From an uncultured Defluviitaleaceae bacterium (lineage in GTDB: Bacteria > Bacillota > Clostridia > Lachnospirales > WRBF01), in contig CAYMOU010000001.1 in assembly GCA_964392115.1 (NCBI GenBank), positions 1 to 57,668 of the forward strand: a stretch of 57,668 nt of DNA, in the 5' to 3' direction. Made by a program: the position numbers and the translations under genes. The notes below the pieces were generated by a model, which saw only the letters and a list, made by a program, of their open reading frames with translations, ran no database searches and was not told where the DNA came from. Positions 17,690-27,499 of the stretch are shown here, in pieces (within the stretch, counting starts at the first letter, position 1; every line of letters begins with the position of its first letter).

Positions 17690-17733
17690 AAAAACCGGTT
17701 GTTACATAGTATAACGTGTAACAGCCGGTTTTT
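17690..17733 (-). terminator. bidirectional-type terminator after the histidine kinase gene
   Basis: AAAAACCGGTTGTTACA-loop-TGTAACAGCCGGTTTTT. Confidence 0.7.
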
Positions 17734-17786
17734 AAAGTCTTAATTTAACATTGTCTGCTTTTAGTCACTGTAAGTCATGACCGGTA

Positions 17787-19487
17787 TTAAACGTTTATAA
17801 GGGCCGGATTTGGAGCAACCCCGGTTAAAAGACAAACTGATAACACAACTTCTGTTCCATCGCCTTTGGTGCTTGTTATTGTAATTGTTCCGTCGTTGCC
17901 GTAATACGAATAAAGCCGTTTTTTTATGTTTAACAGAGCAATATTCACTACCCCGGCAGGGTTTTCATGGGCGTGGTTTTGAAGCCCGGCGTTTAATTCT
18001 TGCAGAGTATCTTCCGGTATGCCGTGTCCGTTGTCTCGAACAGTAATTCTCATTCTGTTACCTTCCAAAACAGCAATCACTTCGATAACGCCTTCGATTT
18101 TATCATGAAAACCGTGAATAATTGAATTTTCCGCAATGGGTTGCAATAACATTCTGGGCATACAAACATCCATCAAACGGTCGTCAACCTCAAGAATAAA
18201 TGTGATTTTATTGTTATAACGTACGTTCATAATATCAACATACTTTTCCAGTAAACACATTTCATCCCAAACCTTGATAAACTCGTCCTTGTCAAAGGCG
18301 TAGTGTATCATGGCCGAAAGGCCTGCCAGTATATGGTCGGCTCTTTCGTAGTCTTCCTGTTCCAGCAGAATTTTTATGGTACTTAAAGTGTTAATGGTAA
18401 AATGAGCGTTAATTTGTTTTTTCAGCGAAAATATAACCGCCTTTTGCTTGGCAATTTCGGCGTTTTTAAGCAGCATTCCCGAGGCTATGATTTCTTCGTT
18501 TTGTTTTTCTATACGCTGAAGCATGGCATTAATTTTTTCGATTAATCTGTCAAATTCCAAGCTTCCGGAAAGCGGCAGAACAGCGCCGTTTCTAGCTGAA
18601 ACGCTCTCGGTGCTGTCAATAATTTTTAGCATAGGCGACAGAAACCGCCGGTTTTGAATTCGTGCGAAAACATATAAAACCAGCATAAAGGAAACGACCG
18701 TAAGCACAGCCGCAACCGAAAAATAATAGGTGGATGCGGAAAGTTGAGATTTGTCAGCCGCAACAATAATTTCAAAGGGCGTAATGCCTATATGCTTTTT
18801 GATAAGAGCCGGTCTTTTTTGATTTTCGCTCTGCAAATCCGGAATAATATGAGAATTGGCACTGACGATTTTTCCGTCGGCGGCTATACCAATGAAAAGT
18901 GAATTATCCGGAGAATACATATACAACATATCAAGCAGTTTATCTTCCTCGGTAAACATCATGAGAGTGCCGGATTTTACGCCCTTATCATTATAAATAT
19001 CTGTAGCGTAGCCCACGTATTTTGTATTTTCAAGCTCTATGGAAATGTGAGTGGGAATATTCATGGTGTCAGCAAGTATACAAAGCCTTGCGGCAGAGGT
19101 GTTTGATAACTTCCCTCTAAAGCGATAAAACCGCCCGTCTTTGTTTACGGCTAAAATATGGCTAGCCAAATCCGACCGGAAGTTGCCGTTTTGCAGCAAC
19201 CTGTCAATATTACCGGCTATATGTAACCGCTCTTCCGTACTCTTTACGGATACAAACAGGTTCATTTCCGGTTGCGTGGATAAGGCGTAGCAAACTCTCT
19301 CAAGATTGGCAAACTCGTTACCCAAATCATCCACGATTTGACCTGCCGTAGCGGTTAGATGCCGTTCGGTGTTGGCATAAATATGATTGGACATGACTAT
19401 GTAAAAAAACGCCCACACCGTAAGAATTACTATAAACAAAACAGAGAACAGCAGGGTGAATTCGTTTTTTAAACCTCGTTTCATCAC
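17787..19487 (-). CDS. sensor histidine kinase (YesM-like; extracytoplasmic sensor, HAMP, His_kinase, HATPase_c)
   Basis: 566 aa. Two TM segments flank a ~250-aa sensor domain. ATPase motifs QPIAENSIIHG and DNGHGIP. Confidence 0.85.
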   Translation of the reverse strand: MMKRGLKNEFTLLFSVLFIVILTVWAFFYIVMSNHIYANTERHLTATAGQIVDDLGNEFANLERVCYALSTQPEMNLFVSVKSTEERLHIAGNIDRLLQNGNFRSDLASHILAVNKDGRFYRFRGKLSNTSAARLCILADTMNIPTHISIELENTKYVGYATDIYNDKGVKSGTLMMFTEEDKLLDMLYMYSPDNSLFIGIAADGKIVSANSHIIPDLQSENQKRPALIKKHIGITPFEIIVAADKSQLSASTYYFSVAAVLTVVSFMLVLYVFARIQNRRFLSPMLKIIDSTESVSARNGAVLPLSGSLEFDRLIEKINAMLQRIEKQNEEIIASGMLLKNAEIAKQKAVIFSLKKQINAHFTINTLSTIKILLEQEDYERADHILAGLSAMIHYAFDKDEFIKVWDEMCLLEKYVDIMNVRYNNKITFILEVDDRLMDVCMPRMLLQPIAENSIIHGFHDKIEGVIEVIAVLEGNRMRITVRDNGHGIPEDTLQELNAGLQNHAHENPAGVVNIALLNIKKRLYSYYGNDGTITITSTKGDGTEVVLSVCLLTGVAPNPALINV

Positions 19488-20221
19488 CCGGCACCTCTTT
19501 GTCTGTACTCCGTTGGAGACTCTCCGTAATAGCCCTTAAATATTCTGCAAAAGTAAAAGTAGTCGGAATATCCGCACATAAGGGCAATTTCCTTTAGTGC
19601 TTTATCGGTGGAGGTCATTAGCCTGGCGGCTTCCTGCATACGGATATTGGTTAAAAAAATGGTCAGTGTGGATTGATAATGTTTGGAAAAAAGGTTGCAT
19701 ATGTAATTTTCGGATAAATTGAACTGTTTGCCAAGTGAGGCAAGGGTGAATTTTTTCTTGAAGTTCACAGTAACATACCGCACCAAATCATCAAAGGATT
19801 TATTACCGGTAGCCGCAAATACAGTGGACGGATGTAAATTATATTTTTCCGCAAGTTTACGTGAAAGACGTTCCAGCACAATCTCGGCTTCTCGGGCTTG
19901 CAAGGGCTTTAGTAAATAATCAAAGCCACCCATTAAAAAAAACTTCCGGCCTGCCTCGAATTCGCCGAAGGCACTGAGCATAATAAATTCTGTGTCCAGT
20001 CCGTCGTCCCGACAGGCTTTAATCAACGCAACACCGTCCATAGTGGGCATTTTTAAGTCGCAAAAAACCAAATGAGGTCGCTTTTCCTTTATTTCTTGTT
20101 GGGCAACCGCCGGGCTTGTGCTTGATCCTATAACCTCGAATCCGTTTTCACCCCAACTAATGGTCTGCATTATGCTTTTAATCATCAATCCCTCGTCGTC
20201 AACTATATAAACTCCGTACAT
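19484..20221 (-). CDS. response regulator, REC plus AraC-type HTH (YesN-like)
   Basis: IVDDE, phospho-acceptor region VFCDLKMPTMDG, C-terminal AraC HTH. Overlaps the kinase gene by 4 nt. Confidence 0.85.
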   Translation of the reverse strand: MYGVYIVDDEGLMIKSIMQTISWGENGFEVIGSSTSPAVAQQEIKEKRPHLVFCDLKMPTMDGVALIKACRDDGLDTEFIMLSAFGEFEAGRKFFLMGGFDYLLKPLQAREAEIVLERLSRKLAEKYNLHPSTVFAATGNKSFDDLVRYVTVNFKKKFTLASLGKQFNLSENYICNLFSKHYQSTLTIFLTNIRMQEAARLMTSTDKALKEIALMCGYSDYFYFCRIFKGYYGESPTEYRQRGAG

Positions 20222-20575
20222 AATTCACCGCCAATGTATATTTCTTTTACATAAATTTTACCGATATGGTCTTTACAGTTTAAATATATGGTGATAACAT
20301 AAAAACAAGCTGTAAATATAGCGTTTCTTTATACAAAACGAATATATGTAATTAACCGTAAGACAGAAAAATGCTATGGGTTAACAATAATTAAGTATAC
20401 ATTACAAACAAATATTATGCAATATTCATACGAGTAAATGCATTGCCCGGTTTGTAATTGTCAAAGCACTATACATATCCCACCTTATTTATATTTGATT
20501 ACCGATGTGGATTCTGTAAGACGAATAAATGCATAGATATTTGGTGGGACTTTATACTCAAATAAAGGAAGTGAT

Positions 20576-21754
20576 ATGATGAAAAAAATTGTTTTCATCA
20601 TGCTTTGTATTCTCGTAGTTCTTAGTGGTTGCTTTACGGCTAAGGAAAATGAAACATCATTTATGGATGATTGGTTGCGAGCCGCTGATTTACAGGCAAG
20701 AGAAACGCCGGAAATGTTGTATGAAAAGGCGAAACAAGAGGGGATTTTAACCATTTATACAGTATCAACCCGGATGATGGACGTGGCAAAATCCTTTGAA
20801 AGGCAGTATCCGGGCTTGGTTACTAAGGTTTTGGACCTGCGTGCGGACGAGATGATTGAAAGGGTGAAGAAAAACGGTGAAAGCGGCGTTTATGAAAGCG
20901 ACATTATTTTCTGCACTGATGTGGACGGTTCGCTGTCAAAGGATTTGATTCCCAATAAGTTAGCTTTTAAGTATACGCCCTATGATATAGCGGATAAAAT
21001 GCTGCCGGGGTATGACGAGGAGTATTTATCGGTATTGGGTGAAGTTATAGTAATAGGATATAATGATCTAATACATAGCAAGTCACCCGTTTCCAATTGG
21101 TGGGAACTTACCGAGGAACAATGGCGAGGCAAGGTATATGCACCCAATCCGGCCAAAAGTGTCACAACCCTAGCCGCTCTTTCTATGATGCAGAAATACG
21201 AACAGGAGCTTGAAAAGGCTTACTATGAGCGCTACGGAGAAAAATTAGTATCCCAAAACGGCGAGGGTGCCACAGAAACCTTTATACGTAGGCTTTTTGA
21301 AAACGGGTTGAATATAGTTAATTCCAGCGATGAAGCAGCCGAGGCAATCGGCGCCCCGGGTTTTGCGGAGGATAATGTGTGCATTATTGTATCAAGCAAA
21401 ATCAGGCTGCGAGAAATAGGATACAATATTGCAATCAGTTACGAAACCGTGCCTTTTAATGGTTTTGTCAACCCTGTAAACATATCTGTTGCCGGAGGTG
21501 CCAAAAACGTAAGTGCCGCAAAACTGTTTATACGCTGGATTTTAGGCGAAACCGACGGTGCCGGAGAAGGGTATAAACCATTTCTGCAAAACGGAGCATG
21601 GTCTACCCGTGTTGATGTAAAAAGCGAGTCAACCTTTGCTCTTGATGATGCTGACTTTATTTATACAGACGGCTCTTATGTTTATGAGCATCGCAGCGAA
21701 ATACTCGCTTTTTGGGAAAAAGTTCTGGCGGAAAGAGAGCGGAAAACGCCTTAA
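20576..21754 (+). CDS. extracellular solute-binding lipoprotein (ABC-type PBP fold), orphan
   Basis: Signal peptide with lipobox LSGC. About 370-aa periplasmic-binding-protein-like body. No permease or ATPase genes adjacent. Confidence 0.7.
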   Translation: MMKKIVFIMLCILVVLSGCFTAKENETSFMDDWLRAADLQARETPEMLYEKAKQEGILTIYTVSTRMMDVAKSFERQYPGLVTKVLDLRADEMIERVKKNGESGVYESDIIFCTDVDGSLSKDLIPNKLAFKYTPYDIADKMLPGYDEEYLSVLGEVIVIGYNDLIHSKSPVSNWWELTEEQWRGKVYAPNPAKSVTTLAALSMMQKYEQELEKAYYERYGEKLVSQNGEGATETFIRRLFENGLNIVNSSDEAAEAIGAPGFAEDNVCIIVSSKIRLREIGYNIAISYETVPFNGFVNPVNISVAGGAKNVSAAKLFIRWILGETDGAGEGYKPFLQNGAWSTRVDVKSESTFALDDADFIYTDGSYVYEHRSEILAFWEKVLAERERKTP

Positions 21755-21761
21755 ATTCCTA

Positions 21762-21927
21762 AGAGCCTGTTTAGTATCTTCATTCAGGCGTCTTTTCGGC
21801 TAATTTTCCGCTATACTTCGTCAGTTGCTCCTAGCATATATTCTCCGAATATGCTTCGTCACAACTTCCTTGTCTAGCTAAAAATTTGCTCGAAAATCCT
21901 CCTAAAGCGAGATATTAAACAGGCTCT
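21762..21927. repeat. 166-bp noncoding segment bounded by a 17-bp imperfect inverted repeat
   Basis: AGAGCCTGTTTAGTATC (21762-21778) versus GATATTAAACAGGCTCT (21911-21927). Internal direct repeats of CTTCGTCA. Confidence 0.45.
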
Positions 21928-22113
21928 AAGCGCCGATTTTTTCATACGTTCTATCCTTAATCTCCGTAAAGAACGCATTTACGGAGATTTTACATTTATC
22001 TTAATCCAATCCATATGTGTGTGAGGATAATCCATATGTATAACCCGTCGAAAATGTTATGATAACTGTATGAATCTTGACTATAGTATACAATTATTAA
22101 AGGAGGAAATTGC

Positions 22114-24141
22114 ATGACACGATTGACTAAACAGGGATTATCAAAATTTATTGCTGTAACGGTTGCGTTATTTATGGCACTGAGCATTGTTCAGATTTCA
22201 GTTTTTGCCGATTCTGCAAATAACAGTTTCGCAACAGCCAGGGCAATAGGAGTAAACGAAACCGTAACCGGCCGGTTGGAAAAAACAAGCGACTTGAACT
22301 ATTACCGTTTTAACTTACCGGGCAACGGCTCCATTAGGGTTACCTACAACTTTGATAAAGGTGTACCCTATCACTTCCTTACGTTATACGATTCAAACAG
22401 AAACAAAATCAATGAAAAACGTCTAACCGACATTCCTTATCCTTTCACCACCAACAAAATGCGCCTTCCTGCCGGAACCTATTATATTTTAATAGACTAT
22501 ACCTACGGCGGCACCACAAGCATAGAACCTTACACCCTTAGGGTTGACTACACAGACGAATCCGGAGGGCCTTACGAAAAGGAATACAATGGATCTTTTG
22601 CAACGGCAAATGAATTGTCTGACGGTCAAAATATTACCGCCAATATTACAAGCACTTCCGACGATGATTACTATAAATTTTCCGTGTCCGGAGCCGAGGA
22701 AGTAACCTTGACATACAACTATACTGCCGGTGACCCCTACCACTATATGGCAGTGTACGATTCCTCAAATAAGAAGTTGTATGAAAAACGATTGGTTAAT
22801 CTGCCGCTTCCTTTTACTACCAGCCCTATTAAAGTAAGTTCAGGAACTTATTATGTGAAGATGGAATATACGTACGGTGGCACAACCGGTAATGAGGATT
22901 ATACTCTTAAAGTAAACGGAGCGGACAGCTATACTCCGCCACGACCTACTACCAATCCCACTCCGTCTCCCACGCCTACGTCATCGTTCCCAAAACTTAC
23001 GGGCACCAAAACCTATAAGAATACTATGAGTACCTATTCCGTAGAAAACTATTTCACAGCCAACTTCGATAGAAAGACATTTATATTTGACGTAAACTTA
23101 GGTGACGAAATAGCCACGCTTAACGGTACGTTTTCGCTTACATGGCCGGACCACGGCGAGGACGGCAGCGTATATCTGGATTGTAAAATTAATAATGCCA
23201 ACGAATATTCCGATGTTTCTATAAGCAACTTTGGTATGACTTACGATTACGGCGAAGAATATACGGTTTACGACGGTGACCCGGTGGGCTATCTTGCCAT
23301 GTCATGGTCTGCCACGGATAAATTCGTGCTTACAGGCTCAAGACCTACGGCAACGCCCAAACCAACTCCTTCTCCGTCTCCAAGCCCATCTCCTAAACCG
23401 ACCCCGCCTCCTTCGTCCGGTGATGCTGTTAGCGGATTTGATGCGGAAAGCATACCTGTTGGTGTAAAGCTTTGGTGGATGCCAAGTTCCGGCGGAGTGG
23501 GTTATCGTGTATACAGAAGCACAAGTTCCGGTGACGAGGGTATCTCCGTTACGGACTTTTACATTGATTCCAACGAATTTATGGATGTTAACGTAGACGC
23601 CAACAAAACTTATTACTATACCGTTCGCCGTGTTATTAAAGAGGCTCGTCCATTTGACGGTCTGCCGGAAGAACTGGGGCCTGTATCGGCTTCAATGAAG
23701 GTACGTACCGGCTCTACTATTTTGGGAGGTAACGCCTCTGATTCCTCCAGGCATAAAAACTTTATTTTGATGGCTCTTGATGACCCTTATATGAGCGTTA
23801 ACGGTGTAAGGCAAGAAATAGACCCCGGCCGTGGTACTTCGCCCATTATTAAGAACAGCCGTACTATTGTACCTATTCGTGCTATTGTAGAGGCCATGGG
23901 CGGCTCTGTAGGCTGGAACGACTATACCCGCAAAATCGATTTAAACTACGATTCAAAATCCGTTGTTATGACCCTTAACAGCAAAAACCTTACAGTTAAC
24001 GGCAGTTCAAAACCTATGGACGTGGCTCCCGAGTCCATAAACAGCAGAACCTACGTACCTATTCGTTTTTCCGCTGAAAATCTGGGCTGTGCTGTAGACT
24101 GGTTAAACTCCACACGTCAAATTGTTATCGTGTACTATTGA
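22114..24141 (+). CDS. secreted multidomain protein: two PPC-like beta domains, Pro/Thr linkers, Fn3-like module, C-terminal copper-amine-oxidase-N-like domain
   Basis: Signal peptide. Duplicated ~120-aa module (NSFATA...DYY(R/K)F...YH(F/Y)...YDS..K..EKRL...GTYY...YTYGGTT..E.YTL.V). PTPSPTP linkers. C-terminal repeats VNG...SRT(I/Y)VPIR. Confidence 0.7.
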   Translation: MTRLTKQGLSKFIAVTVALFMALSIVQISVFADSANNSFATARAIGVNETVTGRLEKTSDLNYYRFNLPGNGSIRVTYNFDKGVPYHFLTLYDSNRNKINEKRLTDIPYPFTTNKMRLPAGTYYILIDYTYGGTTSIEPYTLRVDYTDESGGPYEKEYNGSFATANELSDGQNITANITSTSDDDYYKFSVSGAEEVTLTYNYTAGDPYHYMAVYDSSNKKLYEKRLVNLPLPFTTSPIKVSSGTYYVKMEYTYGGTTGNEDYTLKVNGADSYTPPRPTTNPTPSPTPTSSFPKLTGTKTYKNTMSTYSVENYFTANFDRKTFIFDVNLGDEIATLNGTFSLTWPDHGEDGSVYLDCKINNANEYSDVSISNFGMTYDYGEEYTVYDGDPVGYLAMSWSATDKFVLTGSRPTATPKPTPSPSPSPSPKPTPPPSSGDAVSGFDAESIPVGVKLWWMPSSGGVGYRVYRSTSSGDEGISVTDFYIDSNEFMDVNVDANKTYYYTVRRVIKEARPFDGLPEELGPVSASMKVRTGSTILGGNASDSSRHKNFILMALDDPYMSVNGVRQEIDPGRGTSPIIKNSRTIVPIRAIVEAMGGSVGWNDYTRKIDLNYDSKSVVMTLNSKNLTVNGSSKPMDVAPESINSRTYVPIRFSAENLGCAVDWLNSTRQIVIVYY

Positions 24142-24242
24142 TAAACCCGGCTTATACTCAAATTTTTGAGTACACACAACCCCCATTAGGCTGAGTTTGT
24201 AAAATTGGATACGATTAACATATTCAAGTACCTAATAATCGC

Positions 24243-24281
24243 AAAAGACTGTAGCATAGTTGTTGTGCTACAGTCTTTTTT
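24243..24281 (+). terminator. Rho-independent terminator after the secreted-protein gene
   Basis: AAAAGACTGTAGCA-loop-TGCTACAGTCTTTTTT. Confidence 0.75.
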
Positions 24282-24319
24282 GTGACCGAGTTTTATTAAA
24301 AACTTGTGGTTGTTAAATA

Positions 24320-24356
24320 AAAAAGCTTCCGAACCATAGAGTTTCGGAAGCTTTTT
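24320..24356 (-). terminator. Rho-independent (bidirectional) terminator after htrA
   Basis: AAAAAGCTTCCGAA-loop-TTTCGGAAGCTTTTT. Confidence 0.75.
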
Positions 24357-24360
24357 GCTA

Positions 24361-25914
24361 CTATTGATAAGATTCTATACTGGATTTTAATTCTGCGGTT
24401 ACAGTCATGGGCATTTGACCCTGTCTTAATAATTTAATTTCGATCTTTTGACCTATTTCGCATTCTTTAATGGCTTCAAGGAGTTGTTCCATGTTAAATA
24501 TGGCTTTGCCGTCAAATACAGTGATAATATCTGTACTGCGAAGGCCTGCGGCTTCGGCTGCACCGCCGGGAAGTACTTCTTCTATCATTACGCCGATTTG
24601 CGGTAAGTTAAACATTTCAGCCATTTCTTGGGTGATATTTTTGCCGGTAATGCCCAAGTAAGGTCTGGGTCTCATAAGTTGCTCTACTATGGGTTTAACG
24701 ATGTTTGAGGATATGCTGTAACCCATACCTTCTACCATGGACTGGCCGGAGTAGCCGTATTGCAGAAGTTTTGCGGTATTAATACCTATAACTTCACCCT
24801 TCATGTTTACAAGAGGGCCGCCGGAATTGCCCGGGTTTATGGCGGCGTTGGTTTGTATTACCTTAAGGCTGCGACCTTCCACACGGATTTCTTTATCCTT
24901 TGCACCGATAATTCCGTTGGTGGCGGTATTTCCTTCACCCAGTGCGTTACCTATGGCCAAAACCACGTCGCCCACTTGCATATTGTCGGAATCGCCGAAG
25001 GTTGCCACAACTACTTGGTCTATACCTACTTTTTTAAGTTCTTCCTTGTGTACGATAATTACGGCTATATCCGCAGTCGCCTCGCTACCCACTACCTTAG
25101 CAGGTACAGGCTCTTTATTGGTTATGTTAACCATAATGGATTCTGCACCGGTTATCACGTGAAAATTGGTTGCAATATATATTTTATCTTCGTCTTCGTG
25201 GAAAATAATTCCTGATCCTTGACCGGTTTTTTCAGAGGAAAAGCCGAAGAAACGGTCGGAGGCTGCCGCAACTGATGTTATTCTTACCACCGAAGGTTCT
25301 ACCTTTTTAACAACATCGGCAAAATTGGTAAATTCTACGTTTGGTGAATTAACTGTAGGGCTTACGGTTTCGGTATTCTTGTCTTCGGGTTTGGATTCGG
25401 TAAAGAAATATGAAGGTTGTTCCGGGGTCTTGCTTTCTTTTTGCACAAATTGAGGTACTATTAATTCTTGAGCTATGGGAATACCCAACCCTATTGACAG
25501 ACCGCCCAGCACAGAACAAATACTTGCCAAAGCCACAGTGCGCTTAAATGTGTTCTTGACTTTAGACTTGGTTTTGCCGGTGTTTTGTTGATTGTTAAAG
25601 TCTTGAATTATAGGGGTTGGATTGGCCGTATGATTCGGAACGGTATTTTGTATGGCGTTGTTTGTGTTGCCGGTTTCATTAATAATCACAAAGCCCGTTT
25701 CCACAGGTTGAGTTGGCGGAATATGGTTTTGATTTGAATAAGTATCGAATGAGCCGGTGTTTTGATTGTTGTACGTATTAACGCTGTCGTTGTTAATTTG
25801 GTAATTCATTTCATTATTGATTTCATTTGCATTGTAATTATTGTTTATGTCATTGTTTGGAAAATTAAATCCCCGGTTATTGGGTTCGGAATTGTTGTTT
25901 GGATAGTCGTTCAT
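24361..25914 (-). CDS. htrA: HtrA/DegP-family serine protease with PDZ domain and Asn-rich N-terminal tail
   Basis: Trypsin-like GNSGGPLVN active site, C-terminal PDZ, one TM. GGAGG 7 nt before ATG 25914; the ORF track extends to 25962. Confidence 0.88.
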   Translation of the reverse strand: MNDYPNNNSEPNNRGFNFPNNDINNNYNANEINNEMNYQINNDSVNTYNNQNTGSFDTYSNQNHIPPTQPVETGFVIINETGNTNNAIQNTVPNHTANPTPIIQDFNNQQNTGKTKSKVKNTFKRTVALASICSVLGGLSIGLGIPIAQELIVPQFVQKESKTPEQPSYFFTESKPEDKNTETVSPTVNSPNVEFTNFADVVKKVEPSVVRITSVAAASDRFFGFSSEKTGQGSGIIFHEDEDKIYIATNFHVITGAESIMVNITNKEPVPAKVVGSEATADIAVIIVHKEELKKVGIDQVVVATFGDSDNMQVGDVVLAIGNALGEGNTATNGIIGAKDKEIRVEGRSLKVIQTNAAINPGNSGGPLVNMKGEVIGINTAKLLQYGYSGQSMVEGMGYSISSNIVKPIVEQLMRPRPYLGITGKNITQEMAEMFNLPQIGVMIEEVLPGGAAEAAGLRSTDIITVFDGKAIFNMEQLLEAIKECEIGQKIEIKLLRQGQMPMTVTAELKSSIESYQ

Positions 25915-26193
25915 AGAGATACCTCCTAAAATAATCGCCTTGCTGTGTATTTTTATATTCATATGAGCAAACAGGTTTTGTTTGTAATTGTAACCGGCTT
26001 TTTATCTATACTAACAATTATAATTATGATTTTGAGTATTTTATGATAGTTATGTGAAAATTAAGTGAATTTTTTTAAACCTTAAAGGATAAAACCTTTT
26101 TTCTTACTATTAATTGATCTTTCCAAAAAAGTCGAATAAAAACCGTTATTTAATTTAAAGAATAGCACAGCAAAAATTATTTATTAACATTGC

Positions 26194-26227
26194 AAAAAAT
26201 GCCTGTAATTTCTTACAAGCATTTTTT
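26194..26227 (-). terminator. Rho-independent terminator after fba
   Basis: AAAAAATGCCTGTAA-loop-TTACAAGCATTTTTT. Confidence 0.7.
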
Positions 26228-26251
26228 AAAAGTCAGGTATATGTTATTTAA

Positions 26252-27199
26252 TTAGTTCATTGAGTTTTCGGAACCTAAAACATTTGTAATTTTTTCTTCA
26301 ACGAGAGTTTGAAGAAGTTTTCTTGCGTCTCCCAGATAACCACGAGGATCGAAGTCTTCGGGTTTTTCTGCCAAGCGTTGTCTGATAGCTGCAGTCATAG
26401 CAAGGCGGATGTCGGTATCCATGTTGATTTTGCAAACTGAAAGAGAAGAAGCTTTGCGCAACATTTCTGCAGGCATACCGCTTGCACCTTTCAAGGTAGC
26501 GCCGTATTTGTTGCAAGTTTCGATGAATTTAGGGTCTACGGAGGAAGCACCGTGGAGAACTATAGGGAAATTTTTAAATCCGGCTTGTTCAAGTTTCTTG
26601 GTGATGGTTTCCAAACGGTCAAAGTCGAGCTTAGCTTCGCCTTTGAATTTGTAAGCACCGTGACTGGTTCCGATAGCAACCGCAAGAGAGTCGATTCCCG
26701 TACGAGAAACGAAATCCACAGCTTGGTCGGGGTCTGTGTAAGTTGCATTTGCAGCAGAAACGTTAACTTCGTCTTCTACGCCGGCAAGTTTACCCAATTC
26801 AGCTTCAACGGTAACACCTTTGGCATGAGCGTATTTAACAACTTCTATGGTTTTTTGAACGTTTTCTTCATAATCGTAATGAGAACCGTCAAACATTACG
26901 GAAGTAAAGCCGTTGTCGATAACTTCTTTGCAAACTTCAAAATCAGCACCGTGATCCAAGTGCAAAGCAATATCTATACCGGTTTCGTCGATAGCAGCCT
27001 TAACCATTCCGTTTAAGTATAAAGGACCGGCATATTTCAAAGCAGATTTGCTTACTTGCATGATAACAGAAGAATTTTTATTCTTGCAAGCCCAAGAAAT
27101 CGCTTGAATAATCTCCATGTTGTTAATATTAAAAGCACCGATTGCATAACCGTTTGCGAAAGCTTTTTTAAACATATTTTCGGTTGTAACCAAAGCCAT
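26252..27199 (-). CDS. fba: class II fructose-1,6-bisphosphate aldolase
   Basis: GYAIGAFNINN, LHLDHG and IVLHGASS motifs. GGAAGGAG precedes ATG 27199; the ORF track extends to TTG 27226. Confidence 0.92.
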   Translation of the reverse strand: MALVTTENMFKKAFANGYAIGAFNINNMEIIQAISWACKNKNSSVIMQVSKSALKYAGPLYLNGMVKAAIDETGIDIALHLDHGADFEVCKEVIDNGFTSVMFDGSHYDYEENVQKTIEVVKYAHAKGVTVEAELGKLAGVEDEVNVSAANATYTDPDQAVDFVSRTGIDSLAVAIGTSHGAYKFKGEAKLDFDRLETITKKLEQAGFKNFPIVLHGASSVDPKFIETCNKYGATLKGASGMPAEMLRKASSLSVCKINMDTDIRLAMTAAIRQRLAEKPEDFDPRGYLGDARKLLQTLVEEKITNVLGSENSMN

Positions 27200-27499
27200 A
27201 AATAACGCTCCTTCCAAGAATTTCAAATATTATCGTTACTATTATAAACCGGAAAAATATATTAATCAATGATAATTTTTATATTTACTTTGTCCCAAGT
27301 TATTGATATAATATCAACTTAATTGCTATTTACCAATTCGCTTTTGGCTTGTCCCGGTTAAAAAGCAATTTTGCCCATACATTTTTCGGCAAATTTTTAA
27401 TACTTTACAAAACTAAGCTAATTATTTAACATATTTTTTATTATCATAAAATAATATTTTTTATTATCATACAATAACAACCCGCAAAGGCGTGATACT

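Noticed and set aside
24760-25215. 151-aa and 119-aa plus-strand ORFs inside htrA
   Set aside because: They are antisense to the trypsin-domain coding region and lack start context.
26552-27016. 154-aa plus-strand ORF inside fba
   Set aside because: It is antisense to a highly conserved aldolase frame.
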